Virus record (IMG/VR): IMGVR_UViG_3300045391_000992
Coordinates: 1-64,000 of that record
Length of the DNA stretch: 64,000 nucleotides
Reading direction: 5' to 3' (one strand)
Source of the DNA: a virus
A program made the translations under genes and the position numbers. Of the stretch, positions 50,452-59,530 are shown piece by piece; position 1 is the stretch's first letter, and each line of letters begins with the position of its first letter. Below the pieces are notes generated by a model. The model had not been told where the DNA came from, searched no databases, and worked only from the letters and a program-made list of their open reading frames with translations.

Positions 50452-51930
50452 TTAGTTCGCCCGGCCGGCGCCCTTGTATGCGTTCTGCAGACGCTGGTCG
50501 CGCGCAGCGATCGCAGCATCGGCCTTCGCACGAGCATCGCCCGAGTCGTGGGTCGGGGTCGAGAACGCAGCGACCGTGGCCGCAAGGCCCGAGGTCTGCG
50601 CATCGGTCGGCTTGACGCCCGCGGTCAGCGTGTCGAATGACACCTTGACCTCGGCATCGCCCCAACCCTTCGCCGCATCGCCGAGCTTGGCATCGACGAC
50701 CTGGCGCATGATCTCCGTGTCGGTCTTGCTGTCCACGACGAGCTTGTCGCCGAGGATCGAGCGAGCCTTGCCGGCGATCACGGCACGATCCTTGACCAGC
50801 TGGTCGAGCTTGGCCGGCGTGATCTTGGCGTCCTCGACTTGCTTCTTCAGGGTCGCGATCTCCGCGTCCTTCGTGGCCATCTCGGTCACGTGCTTCGCAG
50901 AGTCCTCCGACATCTTCTTCTTGTTGGTCTCGTTCTCCGTGTTCGCCTTGGTGAAAGCGTCCTCAGCAGTCTTGACACGCTGGGCGGCGGTGTCGAGAGC
51001 CTTCTGGATGATCTGGGCAGCCTGATCATTCATGACTTCGACGCTGATGCCGTCAACGGACATGATCTTCGACATATTCACTTCCTTCTGGTGTTGCCCG
51101 TCAGCGACGGTGCTGGTGGTGGTCGTTTCGAGGAGCGACAGCATCGAGTCGACGGCGGCGAGAATGTCGCCATCACCCTTTGCGATCGCATTCGCCTTGC
51201 AAGCCCGGAGACCGGCAAGGGATACTACCCCGTCCGCGCTTGCGAACGGGTACTCTTTATCTGCGAGGCATCGCGGAAGCGATCCCTCGGCAAAGCCGGC
51301 ATAGTCTTTCTTGTCGACCTTGCCGTCCATGATGGCCCGCAGACCATCGGCATGCGCCGCGACGATGACCTTCTTTCCGGTGCCATCGCCGATACGCAAT
51401 TGTCCGCCACCACGTGCAGCGTCCACGACTGCAATGTGGTTGGCTCGAATGTTCTTCTGCATGGCATCGTACTGGGTGCCATCGGGTGCAGTGCCCGGGG
51501 AGAAATCGATCTCACACTCGTATCCGACTGAGAGCTCAGCCTTCCCGTCCTTGAACTTCTTGATCGTGCCGCCGTCCATGACGACCATCGGCACTCGAAT
51601 GAAGTCGCCATCGCGAACGACCTCGTCCCCGGCCTGACCCTTCGCATACTGCGACCAGTTGTCGGCCGTAACATTCACAGGCGGGTGGTCGTCAGTGATC
51701 GGCTTGTGAGGGAACGACTGCAGCGACGATGACTTGAACACCTCGTCCTGCGATCGATAAACTTTCATCACCTTCTTGGCGTCCTGCCCGGTCATGCCGA
51801 GCTCGGAGCCGTAGTAGAGTTGAATACCGGTGCGCGCGACACGGGGCATTGCCACCATGTAGCCATCAGTCGTGTACCGTACCTTGGCGGCGTCGTCGAG
51901 ATCGTATCGATCGCAAAGCAGCATTGTCAT
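50452..51930 (-). CDS. capsid scaffolding/prohead core protein (DUF2213-like)
   Basis: N-terminus VRYTTDGYMVAMPRVARTGIQLY..ELSVGY..ANHIAVV, followed by a long coiled coil. Start at ATG 51928-51930 after GGAG. Confidence 0.55.
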   Translation of the reverse strand: MTMLLCDRYDLDDAAKVRYTTDGYMVAMPRVARTGIQLYYGSELGMTGQDAKKVMKVYRSQDEVFKSSSLQSFPHKPITDDHPPVNVTADNWSQYAKGQAGDEVVRDGDFIRVPMVVMDGGTIKKFKDGKAELSVGYECEIDFSPGTAPDGTQYDAMQKNIRANHIAVVDAARGGGQLRIGDGTGKKVIVAAHADGLRAIMDGKVDKKDYAGFAEGSLPRCLADKEYPFASADGVVSLAGLRACKANAIAKGDGDILAAVDSMLSLLETTTTSTVADGQHQKEVNMSKIMSVDGISVEVMNDQAAQIIQKALDTAAQRVKTAEDAFTKANTENETNKKKMSEDSAKHVTEMATKDAEIATLKKQVEDAKITPAKLDQLVKDRAVIAGKARSILGDKLVVDSKTDTEIMRQVVDAKLGDAAKGWGDAEVKVSFDTLTAGVKPTDAQTSGLAATVAAFSTPTHDSGDARAKADAAIAARDQRLQNAYKGAGRAN

Positions 51931-52039
51931 GGTCTCCAATATCCTAACGTTGAAGCACGCGCCCAACGCGGTTTGTGTTACCCAACATAGCGGCCGCTAT
52001 GCGGGCTTTGTGAACGTCGCTAAACTTACGCCCTGCGGT

Positions 52040-52768
52040 TCATGGACGCCAGTACCTCGCGATCCATTTGGTCTGGCCCTGTGCTTCAACGTCCCACGGC
52101 TTCTGCGAGCCATGGAAGAAAATGATGCGCGTCGCCGCCCTGAGCTCGCCCATGATGCGGTTCTGCAATGGGTAGGAGCTCACGAGCGGATAACCCAAGC
52201 CGACGCTCCCCGGCCGAGTGATCAGGTGCATGGACAGCCACGCCTGATCAGAACCCTTGAACCCCGCAGCGGCTGCAACCTTGGGTGACGTGGTCGGATC
52301 GAAACCCGACCATATGTGTTGCAGCGTGCCCGCCGTAAACATTTGCAGTGAGCCATTGAACACGGTCTGTCCGTCCTGACGCCTCAAGTGCCAGCCGACA
52401 AACTCGCCCTCAGTTTTGACGAGCTCGCGCAAGTCGCCGGTGATCAAGGTATCGAGATCGATCGACATGATCCGGTCGCCCTTGTCGATCCCGATATCCT
52501 TCTGCGTGTCACGATCGTAAAGCTTCAAGCGTCGATAGCACGACGGCAGATGCTTGCCCGAGGCGTTCGGCAAATCGTTTGCGTCACGCCACAGGGGCGC
52601 AGTCTCGCACTCGTGTATGCCCTCCTGCCGATCGGTCACGCAGACGATGCGATGCGGCGTTGCCTGCAGATTGCGTCGGAGCATCAACGCCATGATGTCC
52701 ACGTACTCGGGCAGGTAGTGACGTTTGGTGCCCGGCTGCTCCCACTTCCACAACACGATCTGCAACAT
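52040..52768 (-). CDS. nucleotide-sugar-dependent glycosyltransferase-like protein
   Basis: Start at MLQIVLWKWEQPG. Also carries ..IVCVTD.. and ..IMSIDLDTLI. TGATG overlap with the GT2 stop. Confidence 0.45.
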   Translation of the reverse strand: MLQIVLWKWEQPGTKRHYLPEYVDIMALMLRRNLQATPHRIVCVTDRQEGIHECETAPLWRDANDLPNASGKHLPSCYRRLKLYDRDTQKDIGIDKGDRIMSIDLDTLITGDLRELVKTEGEFVGWHLRRQDGQTVFNGSLQMFTAGTLQHIWSGFDPTTSPKVAAAAGFKGSDQAWLSMHLITRPGSVGLGYPLVSSYPLQNRIMGELRAATRIIFFHGSQKPWDVEAQGQTKWIARYWRP

Positions 52769-53496
52769 CAGACCACCACCTGATAATACTCGAACCGAAT
52801 ATGGTTCTTGGCCTTGTAGGCCGGGCCCTTCGCCTTCGCCTCGATCTTCGGGAACTGCGATCGATGGAACGGCGACTCCTTGCGACCCCAGTCCTTGGTG
52901 TTCGCGTCGGAGATTTGATCCGAACCCCAACGCGTCAGCTTGAAGTCGTGAGTCGGCAGCTCCTTCAAGCCCGCTCTCATGCACTTGCGGAAGTTGCCAT
53001 CGGAGCCATACGCCCCCGCGAAGTCTTCGTCGTACCCGCCCATCGTCCAGAAGTCATCCTTCCGCATGATGTAGGAGTTCGCGTGCGGATGGTTCTGCTT
53101 CCCGTCCCAATCGACGCGGTCGGGCATGTAGTAACAGCCCTGCACTGCCTTGTGCGAAACGAAGTCAAGCATCTTGCCGACCTCGAGTCGCGAGAGCATG
53201 TGATCCATGTCCGTCAGGAGCGCCCACTCCGTGTTGACGTGCATCATCGCGAGGTTGCGCGCGCCGTCCTGGTTCCACGGAATGTTCGGCACGATGCGGA
53301 ACAGTCTGATCTGGAACCCGACGTTGCCATACTCCCTGATGACAGGCTCAGCCGGATTGCGCGGCGACCCATCGTCCACGACGATCGCCTGCAACACCAT
53401 ATTCTCGGCTGGCCGGAACATGCGCCATTCGTGCAGCTGCAGACGCAGCATCTTCGGGTTCTCGTAGTAGGGCATCACAATCGTTACTGGAGCCAT
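52768..53496 (-). CDS. family-2 glycosyltransferase
   Basis: VTIVMPYYEN, IVVDDGS, DGARNLA and LLTDMDH motifs. Confidence 0.8.
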   Translation of the reverse strand: MAPVTIVMPYYENPKMLRLQLHEWRMFRPAENMVLQAIVVDDGSPRNPAEPVIREYGNVGFQIRLFRIVPNIPWNQDGARNLAMMHVNTEWALLTDMDHMLSRLEVGKMLDFVSHKAVQGCYYMPDRVDWDGKQNHPHANSYIMRKDDFWTMGGYDEDFAGAYGSDGNFRKCMRAGLKELPTHDFKLTRWGSDQISDANTKDWGRKESPFHRSQFPKIEAKAKGPAYKAKNHIRFEYYQVVV

Positions 53497-53502
53497 GGCG
53501 CG

Positions 53503-54192
53503 CTATCCTTGGAAGTATCGGGTCTTGAGTTCAGGCCGGTCGGGCTTGTAGCCAAGGCTCGAATTCCCATCACCGAAAGTGTGATCGACAAGGCAGGGAA
53601 TGCGGTACATGATCTCCCGGCCTTTTGATGCGAGCACCTGAGCGACTAGGTGATCGACGTTCTTATCCCACCGTGGATCTTGCAAGTAGGCATTCAACAA
53701 ACTCGAGTGCAAGATCAGCGCTGCCCACGAGCGATGATAGACTTGGCACTGAGCTCCCCACGTGCCCCGCCCGAGGTTCAATTGATAGAAGCCCTGCACG
53801 AGCGGCAGCCCGTACTTCTTCTCGAGAACCTTGCTCACGCGGATCGGGCAATAGAGTGAGATGGCTCCGACCCTATCGTCCTTGGACCAGTGTGCAAGGT
53901 CCCACGTCAATGCCGCCGCTGCGTCGCGTGCCCATTGGATATCATCCTCGCAGATCATGATCCAATCGAACGTGGTTTGATCGAACAACTGCCGCAGCGC
54001 GTGAATGTAGTTGCGGAAGTTGCCGCGTTTGATCGCGTTTTGCTCGGTGTGAACACCGTCAGCAACGCATGCCTCGGAGCCGGGCTCCGCGAACACGACC
54101 GCAGTCTGGAAGCCCGCAGCCTTGAACGACTCGACCGAACGGACGAGCGTGGGGCGCTCACGTGGCGCCGTGATGATCCCCACTGCAATCAT
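53503..54192 (-). CDS. GT-A-fold glycosyltransferase-like protein
   Basis: Start at MIAVGIITAPRERP, in an ATGA overlap. MICEDDI is a DxD-type motif. Confidence 0.5.
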   Translation of the reverse strand: MIAVGIITAPRERPTLVRSVESFKAAGFQTAVVFAEPGSEACVADGVHTEQNAIKRGNFRNYIHALRQLFDQTTFDWIMICEDDIQWARDAAAALTWDLAHWSKDDRVGAISLYCPIRVSKVLEKKYGLPLVQGFYQLNLGRGTWGAQCQVYHRSWAALILHSSLLNAYLQDPRWDKNVDHLVAQVLASKGREIMYRIPCLVDHTFGDGNSSLGYKPDRPELKTRYFQG

Positions 54193-54857
54193 GGCAGTTG
54201 CGTCCAGCAGTACGCGACTGACATCTTGTAGTCGCGATGCGTGCTCTTGATGACGGGCCGCAGCTTGTCGCCGAAGCGTTCGTCGAATGCACGATTGACG
54301 CCCGGCCACAAGTAATCATCGCCTGCGATCACACCGCGCGGCTTCATCTTCGGCAACCACGCGTCAAGGTCGGCTTTCACTGCCTCATAAGAGTGGTCGC
54401 CGTCGAGCATCAGGAAGTCGACGGACTGGTCTGCGAACTTCGTCGCGGCCTCGACCGAAGTCATCCGCATCGGTGTGATCTGATGACGCACCGGCCGAAT
54501 GTTATCGATGAAAGTCTCGTAGACCGGCTTCTTCAAATCGGTGAAGTAGGTCGTGTCGCGCAGATCGGGGCCGCCATCGATCCACGGGTCCACGCAACAG
54601 AACTCCACGTTCATGCCCGTATTGATCAGCTCGACCGCCATCAGGGACGCCGAGCGACCAAGCCACGAACCGACTTCGACGAACACCATACCGTGCTTGG
54701 CCTTCGCAGCCATCGCAGTGTAGAGATCGCCGAACGATGCCCACCCGGGCAGACTCTCATAGAAATGTTTCACTGGCGCGTTTCCGTTAGCATACCCCAG
54801 ATTGACGATGCCACGAGTCGGGGCTTGCTCGTGCCAATCACGACGACAACGATCCAA
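54189..54857 (-). CDS. class I SAM-dependent methyltransferase (Methyltransf_24-like)
   Basis: FVEVGSWLGRSA (motif I) and DFLMLDGDHSYE. Confidence 0.7.
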   Translation of the reverse strand: MDRCRRDWHEQAPTRGIVNLGYANGNAPVKHFYESLPGWASFGDLYTAMAAKAKHGMVFVEVGSWLGRSASLMAVELINTGMNVEFCCVDPWIDGGPDLRDTTYFTDLKKPVYETFIDNIRPVRHQITPMRMTSVEAATKFADQSVDFLMLDGDHSYEAVKADLDAWLPKMKPRGVIAGDDYLWPGVNRAFDERFGDKLRPVIKSTHRDYKMSVAYCWTQLP

Positions 54858-54864
54858 CGCTGCT

Positions 54865-56028
54865 TCACGCGTCTTCGAGAGATCGAAGCGCTGCGCGGGT
54901 ATCCCTCGCGAAACGAGCGTCGTCCGCAGGAACGAACACGCAACGACAGTGTGGGTGCGCGGGTATCAAGGAGCGCGCAGTGTCGATGCTGTATGGTCCC
55001 TCCTCGGAGATCGCTTCGCAGACTGGGCATACGTCGTCATCTCCTGCGGTACGCACATTGACATTCTCGCCGAGTCGACGAGCAACGTTGAGTTCAGCAG
55101 CTCGAATACGTCCAATGGTTCGAGCGGAAGGGGTCTGCTTACGTGATACCCGGGACCCCGGACCTGTTCTGCGCGCATCCTTAGTCTTCTTCGAAGTCGC
55201 CTTCTGCGGTTTCGCCTGCGCATCTGTGACCACCTTTGCCTGCGCTCGCGACTCAGGGAGCAGCCCCACACTCTTGAGGCCTGAGGCCTCGTAGATGTCG
55301 AGTGAGGCCTCGGCGTGTGCTCTGATCACGAGCAGTTCAATCATCGCATTGGCCCGGACCACCCCGACCTTCTCGATGATGTTCAGTATCTGCCGCGTGA
55401 TCTGCATGGGCTTCGACCCATTGAGCAAACCATTCGACACGGCGCGAACGGCCTGCTGACTGACGGCTTCTATGATCCCCTCGAGTTCGACACGCGCCAG
55501 CGATTGCAGTGCCGCTTCACGATGCCCCGACAAGGGGTTGGTGACTTGGGTCTTGGCCTGCGCCTGCCCGAACTTCACACCGGCACCATAGGCTTCGTTC
55601 AAGAAAGGTCGCATGAACGACCCATCCTTCTGCAGCACTGCGTTCTGCAATGCCATGTCGAACCAACGCTGGAACACGTCGATCTTCGAACCGGCGCCCG
55701 TGATGGTAGGCGAGTTCAGGTTTGTCAGGCCGCCATTCTTGATCGACAGAAGGTCTTGTTTGTTGACCATCTGTTTCGTGAGCTCGCGCAATTGGTTCCA
55801 GCGTTGACGCAACGCCATGCGGAACTTCGAGCGGAGCTTGCCCGTGTTCGTCGGGTCGACGAGCACGACGCGTTTGGCATCGTTCGCCTGACAACACGCG
55901 CAGCGCGCGGAGTCGGTGAACGTGTGGCCGTGATACTTCAACATGAACTGACGCCTGTTCTCGTTCGCCGTCTTCAGCCGAAGACGAGCTTGAGGTACAA
56001 AGAAGCGGCCGCCGTGCCCAGCAACCAT
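54865..56028 (-). CDS. head morphogenesis protein (SPP1 gp7 / Mu F-like)
   Basis: C-terminus VCPVCEAISEEGPYSIDTARSLIPAHPHCRCVFVP. Start at ATG 56026-56028 after GGGGAG. Confidence 0.75.
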   Translation of the reverse strand: MVAGHGGRFFVPQARLRLKTANENRRQFMLKYHGHTFTDSARCACCQANDAKRVVLVDPTNTGKLRSKFRMALRQRWNQLRELTKQMVNKQDLLSIKNGGLTNLNSPTITGAGSKIDVFQRWFDMALQNAVLQKDGSFMRPFLNEAYGAGVKFGQAQAKTQVTNPLSGHREAALQSLARVELEGIIEAVSQQAVRAVSNGLLNGSKPMQITRQILNIIEKVGVVRANAMIELLVIRAHAEASLDIYEASGLKSVGLLPESRAQAKVVTDAQAKPQKATSKKTKDARRTGPGSRVSRKQTPSARTIGRIRAAELNVARRLGENVNVRTAGDDDVCPVCEAISEEGPYSIDTARSLIPAHPHCRCVFVPADDARFARDTRAALRSLEDA

Positions 56029-56143
56029 CGCCACTCCCCGGTAACGAGAGCGGTAAGCAACGTGATCGGTATCGCCGCAATCGAGACGATCATCAGCAGC
56101 GTGAAAAACGCCGTCAGCGCCTGATCGGCGGGTGACCCCTGCT

Positions 56144-56446
56144 TCACTTGCATGGCTGCGCCTTGCCCAAGTCATATGCCTCGCGCATCGCATCGTACCG
56201 CGCGGAGCCTTGACACATCTGCTTCCATCGACGCTCATAGTATTGGTCGCCAAACTTCTCGTCACTCGGCTCGAACCGATCGCAATGTGACTTGCCACAC
56301 TTGATCAGGTTTGGCAGAGCTAGGTCTGCGCCATGAGCTTGAACGTAGAACATCAAACTCACGAACGCGACCAAGACCCCGAACATGGCGAATATGCGCC
56401 CGCCGCGCGGCCCCGCCTGGTTTGCGTTATAAGTGTCGAGTAGCAT
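56144..56446 (-). CDS. small membrane-anchored Cys-containing protein (100 aa)
   Basis: TM segment IFAMFGVLVAFVSLMFYV. 1-nt overlap with the upstream stop. Confidence 0.5.
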   Translation of the reverse strand: MLLDTYNANQAGPRGGRIFAMFGVLVAFVSLMFYVQAHGADLALPNLIKCGKSHCDRFEPSDEKFGDQYYERRWKQMCQGSARYDAMREAYDLGKAQPCK

Positions 56447-57588
56447 CAGATGAGCTCCAGCATAACGAGTGTGTTCTCATATGCAGTCCGATCAATCTGC
56501 TTGATCGACTGCGGTTCGATTTGTTGCACGTCGTCACGACGCACGATTATTTCAGGCTCAGGCTTCACAGCCTCGGGCACAATCGAGGGCGGGTCCCATG
56601 TCAGCGCGGGAGCCACGACCTCAGGCACTTGCTCGAACGCGTGTGGTGTCAGATCAGCAAGCGGTTCGGTTTTGATGACACCCGACGCACCGCCCGACAC
56701 GATGCCGACTGCAATCGTGACGACCTGACCCTGCGCTACAGCATCACGCCCCTTGCGATAACCAACGCCAACACCCGCAACGCGACGCGCAACGATCTCA
56801 CCAGTCGCCTTGCCTGCGATGACAGACCACGTCCCCGTGATCGTGTCGCCGTTTGCAGTCGCGTCTCCTGCCTCGCCACCCGTCGCCGTGCCTGCTTCAA
56901 TCGACAAGCCGACTTCGATCGTCTCGCCCTCGACCGTTGCTCCTGCAGTCGCGGTGCCTGCGATCAGACTGGAGTCGACCGCGATCGTGTCGCCTTGCGG
57001 GTTTGCATCACCCGTTGCAACGCCTTCGAGAACCTCGAGCACAGTGGCGAGTACATCGCCCCCTACATTCGCGTCGCCTGAGGCCTGCCCGTCAATGACG
57101 GCGACTGTGCTCGTGAGGACGGCCCCGTTCGCGGCCCCGTCCCCGATCGCGCCCCCTGCGACGATCGACGTGGCAGTCGTAAGCACTGCCCCCGCGATCG
57201 ACGCGCCACCCGTTGCGGCCCCTGTTGCGATCGACGTCGCAACAGTAAGGGTCGCTCCGCTTGCATTCGCAGCGCCCGATGCTGACCCCGCGATAATCGA
57301 GGTCGCGTCCGTGATCGTCGTACCCGACGCATTGGCGGCGCCTGATGCAGCGCCCGCGGCCAGCGACGTTGTGACTACGTTGGTCGTCCCGCTGACGTTC
57401 GCCGTGCCAGTCGCAGCGCCCGCGATCACGGAGCTTGCAACCGTGAGGGTCGCGCCCGGTTCGGTGATCGCGGTCGTCCCTGCGATCAGGGACGCAGTGA
57501 CTGTGAGTGTTACGCCCGACGCATTGCCGTTGACCTCAGCGAACGTGCCAAGCGGTATTACGCCAAGCGATTCTCCGCCTAGTATCAC
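56446..57588 (-). CDS. fibre-like protein built from about eleven 22-aa repeats
   Basis: Probable GTG start. Repeat units read G-x-T-L-T-V-x-S-S-(L/V)-I-A-G-x-A-x-G-x-A-N-x-S. Confidence 0.55.
   Translation of the reverse strand: MILGGESLGVIPLGTFAEVNGNASGVTLTVTASLIAGTTAITEPGATLTVASSVIAGAATGTANVSGTTNVVTTSLAAGAASGAANASGTTITDATSIIAGSASGAANASGATLTVATSIATGAATGGASIAGAVLTTATSIVAGGAIGDGAANGAVLTSTVAVIDGQASGDANVGGDVLATVLEVLEGVATGDANPQGDTIAVDSSLIAGTATAGATVEGETIEVGLSIEAGTATGGEAGDATANGDTITGTWSVIAGKATGEIVARRVAGVGVGYRKGRDAVAQGQVVTIAVGIVSGGASGVIKTEPLADLTPHAFEQVPEVVAPALTWDPPSIVPEAVKPEPEIIVRRDDVQQIEPQSIKQIDRTAYENTLVMLELI
56809..57519 (-). repeat. 66-nt in-frame tandem repeats (about 11 units, diverged)
   Basis: Periodic protein units, for example GATLTVASSVIAGAATGTANVS and GTTITDATSIIAGSASGAANAS. 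Confidence 0.7.
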
Positions 57589-57658
57589 GGCTTGGACTTC
57601 TTCGGCGGCTCGGCCTTCGGATCGGCCGGCGGGGTCGACGCCATGATGACTGCAGCGC

Positions 57659-59104
57659 TCATGTCAGGTTCGTTCCGTTGATGATCCATTCGGTCGTCGT
57701 GATCTTGATCGCCGTCGCGATACCGTTCGCCGTCAGTGTTCTGCTGCCGGTCGTGCCAGCGCCAGCCAAGCGCATTGTGTCGCTCGTGATAGCGATCGTG
57801 AGTGTCCCTGCTCCATTCTGATTGACAAACGTCAGCGTCGTTCCGACTGGGTGTGAGACGTTCGCGTTGCTGTCAATCGTGAACGTGCGGGCGGTAGTGT
57901 CCGCAGACGGGTGAAGCAGCGTACCATTCGCATCGACCGCCCGCGTCGTGTAGTCCGCAGACTTACTGGCAAACGGCATCGGTGCCGTGATCGTGTTCCA
58001 CACGCCGTCGCCGCTTATCGTGCCGTCAACGCTTCCGGTAAACGGCCGGTAGCCGGTCGTGCTTGCGCGAATAAAGGCATTGTCCGCGACGCTGAAGTGC
58101 TTTCCGGTGAACGAACCAGAAGTCGTCAGACCGGTGAGGTCCATCCGCCCATGACCCTGCGCCAACACGAACGCGCTGGAGAAAGTCGGTGTCCCGGTCA
58201 CTGTGATGGCGCCGACCGCTGACGGCAGATCGAGCGACGCAGTGTTGATCAGGCCACTGGTGTCTACGACGAGATGGAACGCCGCGCCGCCGATGATCTG
58301 GTTCGTACCGTACGGCTCGACTGTGCCGCCGTTCGCGGCGACGACGTGCAGAACAGGAGCCACGTCAAATACGATATTGGTGTACTGCAAACGCCCCGGC
58401 GAGCGAGACGCGATATGGAACCCGCTCGTCGTCGTCTTGGTCTTCATATCCTTGATGCGAACGATGCCAGTGAGTACGCCATATGACGCGTCCCAAATGT
58501 TCGCACCAGTCACGTTGAAGAACACGTTCGCCGGTGTGGACGAGTTGCCCTGAAAGACAATGACGCCGCCACCGATCCACGTTTTGATCTGCGTGCCACC
58601 AGTGTATGTGCCGTCAGCAATCTGCACCGTTACCGTGAAGCCCGCGACGTCGAGCGTGGCGGCGATGGTGTCCATTGCCTTCTGCGTCGTGAGAAACGCG
58701 CCACCGCTCGCGTTGGTCAGGCCGTTGTTACTATCGCTGCCATCGGTACGAACGTAGTAAGTTCGATCGGCCGTCAGCTTCTCGCGCATCCGCATGTCCT
58801 CGGCGAGGAGGATCACGCCGACAACAGGCGCCGCAGTGAAGTTGATCTTCGACGTGGTGCCCGACGAATTGTAGAGCACGGTCGTTCGGGTCAGTGTGCT
58901 GGACGCCGAGGTCCACGTGCCGACGCCGATCTCCCACTGAGTTCTGTCCGCACTCTCGGCGCGATAGGAGAACTGTTGACCAGTAACGCCCCCGGCCGCC
59001 GCGACAGACTGATAGCCGGTCGAGACGGTCGAGACGACGAAGTCGCCAGTTCCCGAGGACGCGGCCTGAAACTTGACCGCGTCGAGTTGGACAGAGACCG
59101 TCAT
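57659..59104 (-). CDS. tailspike/fibre with pectate-lyase-like beta-helix signature
   Basis: DRTYYVRTDGSDSNNGLTNASGGAFLTTQKAMD is a typical beta-helix N-cap motif. Ser/Thr/Gly-rich and beta-rich. Confidence 0.55.
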   Translation of the reverse strand: MTVSVQLDAVKFQAASSGTGDFVVSTVSTGYQSVAAAGGVTGQQFSYRAESADRTQWEIGVGTWTSASSTLTRTTVLYNSSGTTSKINFTAAPVVGVILLAEDMRMREKLTADRTYYVRTDGSDSNNGLTNASGGAFLTTQKAMDTIAATLDVAGFTVTVQIADGTYTGGTQIKTWIGGGVIVFQGNSSTPANVFFNVTGANIWDASYGVLTGIVRIKDMKTKTTTSGFHIASRSPGRLQYTNIVFDVAPVLHVVAANGGTVEPYGTNQIIGGAAFHLVVDTSGLINTASLDLPSAVGAITVTGTPTFSSAFVLAQGHGRMDLTGLTTSGSFTGKHFSVADNAFIRASTTGYRPFTGSVDGTISGDGVWNTITAPMPFASKSADYTTRAVDANGTLLHPSADTTARTFTIDSNANVSHPVGTTLTFVNQNGAGTLTIAITSDTMRLAGAGTTGSRTLTANGIATAIKITTTEWIINGTNLT

Positions 59105-59105
59105 A

Positions 59106-59525
59106 TCAGTTCTGGAACCGCAGGGTCGAGGCGGTCAGGGCGAAGGTGCCAGCGCTCGAGGAAATGTCCGAACCGAAGTCGATGTAAGCGACCAGTTCGT
59201 CGGCCGAGCTCGCACCGCCACGCGACTTGTAGTAGACGGCGCCGCGCGCAGTGATGGTCGAGGTCGGCCACGACACAGCGCCCAGTGTGATCTCGATGCG
59301 GTCGTTTGTCGTGTCGATCGCGTTGACTGTGAACGTCGCAGCCGCGCCCCCGGCCGTGTAGCCTGTGCCGGACACCTCGTTGGTGACGTCGTTGCGGAAG
59401 TCGTCGGTGTCCTTGTTCGGGGTATATGACGACGTAACGAGCATGCACTTGAAGGTGTCGCTGTCAAAGTCGATATTGCCCTTGACCTGGTTCCAGATCG
59501 CGTTGTTGTAGATGATCGACGCCAT
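59106..59525 (-). CDS. small virion protein (139 aa)
   Basis: Same length and general pattern as 30683-31102. Lies directly after the portal gene. Confidence 0.45.
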   Translation of the reverse strand: MASIIYNNAIWNQVKGNIDFDSDTFKCMLVTSSYTPNKDTDDFRNDVTNEVSGTGYTAGGAAATFTVNAIDTTNDRIEITLGAVSWPTSTITARGAVYYKSRGGASSADELVAYIDFGSDISSSAGTFALTASTLRFQN

Positions 59526-59530
59526 TGGTA

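Noticed and set aside
57589-57658. 19-codon upstream ORF (MASTPPADPKAEPPKKSKP) between the tailspike gene and the repeat-protein gene, ending in a GTGA overlap.
   Set aside because: It is too short, has no SD, and its composition is low-complexity. It may only mean that the true start of 56446-57588 is uncertain.
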